Assembly (NCBI GenBank): GCA_030295235.1
Contig: AP026124.1
Coordinates: 930,001 to 994,000, forward strand
Source: Fistulifera solaris
Lineage: Eukaryota
Direction: 5' to 3'
DNA length: 64,000 nt
Below the pieces are notes generated by a model that was not told the DNA's origin, searched no databases, and saw only the letters and a list, made by a program, of their open reading frames with translations. Within the stretch, counting starts at the first letter, position 1. Each line of letters starts with the position of its first letter. Shown one piece after another: positions 63,201-64,000 of this stretch. Both the position numbers and the translations under genes were made by a program.

Positions 63201-64000
63201 GCTTTGCGCAATATGGCACTTTCATTTTCGCTAAGAATATCTTAAAGCTAAGAGAAACGGAAGCTATGGATTCTAGGCCTCTGACATGTTTGCCAAAAGG
63301 GAGTATTGTCACAATTCTCTCCCATAAAGTGTCCACAGAGTATGGGGTTCTATCTAGAAGAGTTTTCGTTCGTCACAGACCGGAAAACAACGCTGACGGA
63401 ACGTTAGCTGAGGGATGGGCTAGCATTCAATCCTCTCAAGGTTATGTAATTTTGAGCCCTCTGATCTCAATGTGCTTCACTAATTCGCGTTGGGGCAGTA
63501 CGCGCCCAGTTATCAAGCAATGTGGACACGCAGCACATCTAAGGTGCGTCGAGACGCACACTCTGTCTCTGCACCACCGAGCGGCGAGTGAGCAGACGTA
63601 TGATGGGCGATTTGCTGCAAATATTGACGACGGTGAATTTTTATGTCCGCTTTGCAAACAGTTGTGTAATATTCTGATACCAAGAGATAAAATGACTGAA
63701 GGAGACTCAATATTTATGGATGTAGAGGAGGTTTGTCCGTCCGGTAAATGTGAACTTTCAGCAGTCCGAATCATTTTGAGGAAAGGTTGCTCGGTTCACC
63801 TGACAAGCGCGGAAAGGGAATCTATGGCAAGCAAAGCTCTGGATCAATTCGGTTCTAAATTATATAGTGCCATGAACGTTCCGTGGGACCGAACAACCCA
63901 ATCTCAAAGAATGAATCAGCAAGAATGGCTTCGGGCTATTCAAATGTGGGATTTTGAAGACGTATCTAATGTTGATGGCAGTGTAAAGAATACGCAAGCA
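57230..64000 (+). CDS. UBR1/PRT6-like N-recognin E3 ligase; runs off the window end; several frameshifts, intron 63186-63247
   Basis: UBR box CGYVF..CRTC..CVICDTCF..H.GH..GGCCDCGD.EAW; ClpS-like LHNDDVHTFDEVI; SFHLPLHR; split RING CIIC...CGH..H..C...FLCPLCKQLCN. Confidence 0.92.

Overview
Gene-dense eukaryotic nuclear DNA from a diatom, most likely a raphid pennate. Fistulifera is a tentative guess from the 43.4 kb protein. The diatom call rests on short GT-AG introns, bipartite ASAFAP-like plastid presequences and a periplastid-type Hsp70. The window holds about 30 host protein genes and one tRNA-Glu(TTC). The genes include IQM-like, two METTL21-like, Nudix, seipin, HECT E3, thioredoxin/PDI, SNase, tandem GNAT, ELP4, CENP-X, AKR, Hsp70, class-IV aminotransferase, RPS19, RPL32, TRM13, PurF, LSMT-like, BASS4-like, LipA, Gbp2-like and UBR1/PRT6-like. 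The main accessory feature is a ~4.4 kb Mutator-like (MULE) DNA transposon at 34594-39017. It has ~260 bp near-identical TIRs built from tandem CCCGAnTTTCG subrepeats and encodes DBD, DDE and SWIM domains followed by a Ulp1 (C48) SUMO-protease domain. It sits in a divergent promoter next to a tandem pair of uncharacterised Cys-rich type-I membrane proteins. Other oddities: an ~80 bp hairpin element present twice in inverted orientation, GTAC palindromic arrays in intergenic DNA, long structured introns in RPS19/RPL32/Hsp70, and an SH3-like insert inside the UBR RING. Many essential genes carry 1-bp frameshifts, often at homopolymers. These are almost certainly consensus errors, so several CDS boundaries are approximate. 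All assignments come from motif recognition by eye; no searches were run.
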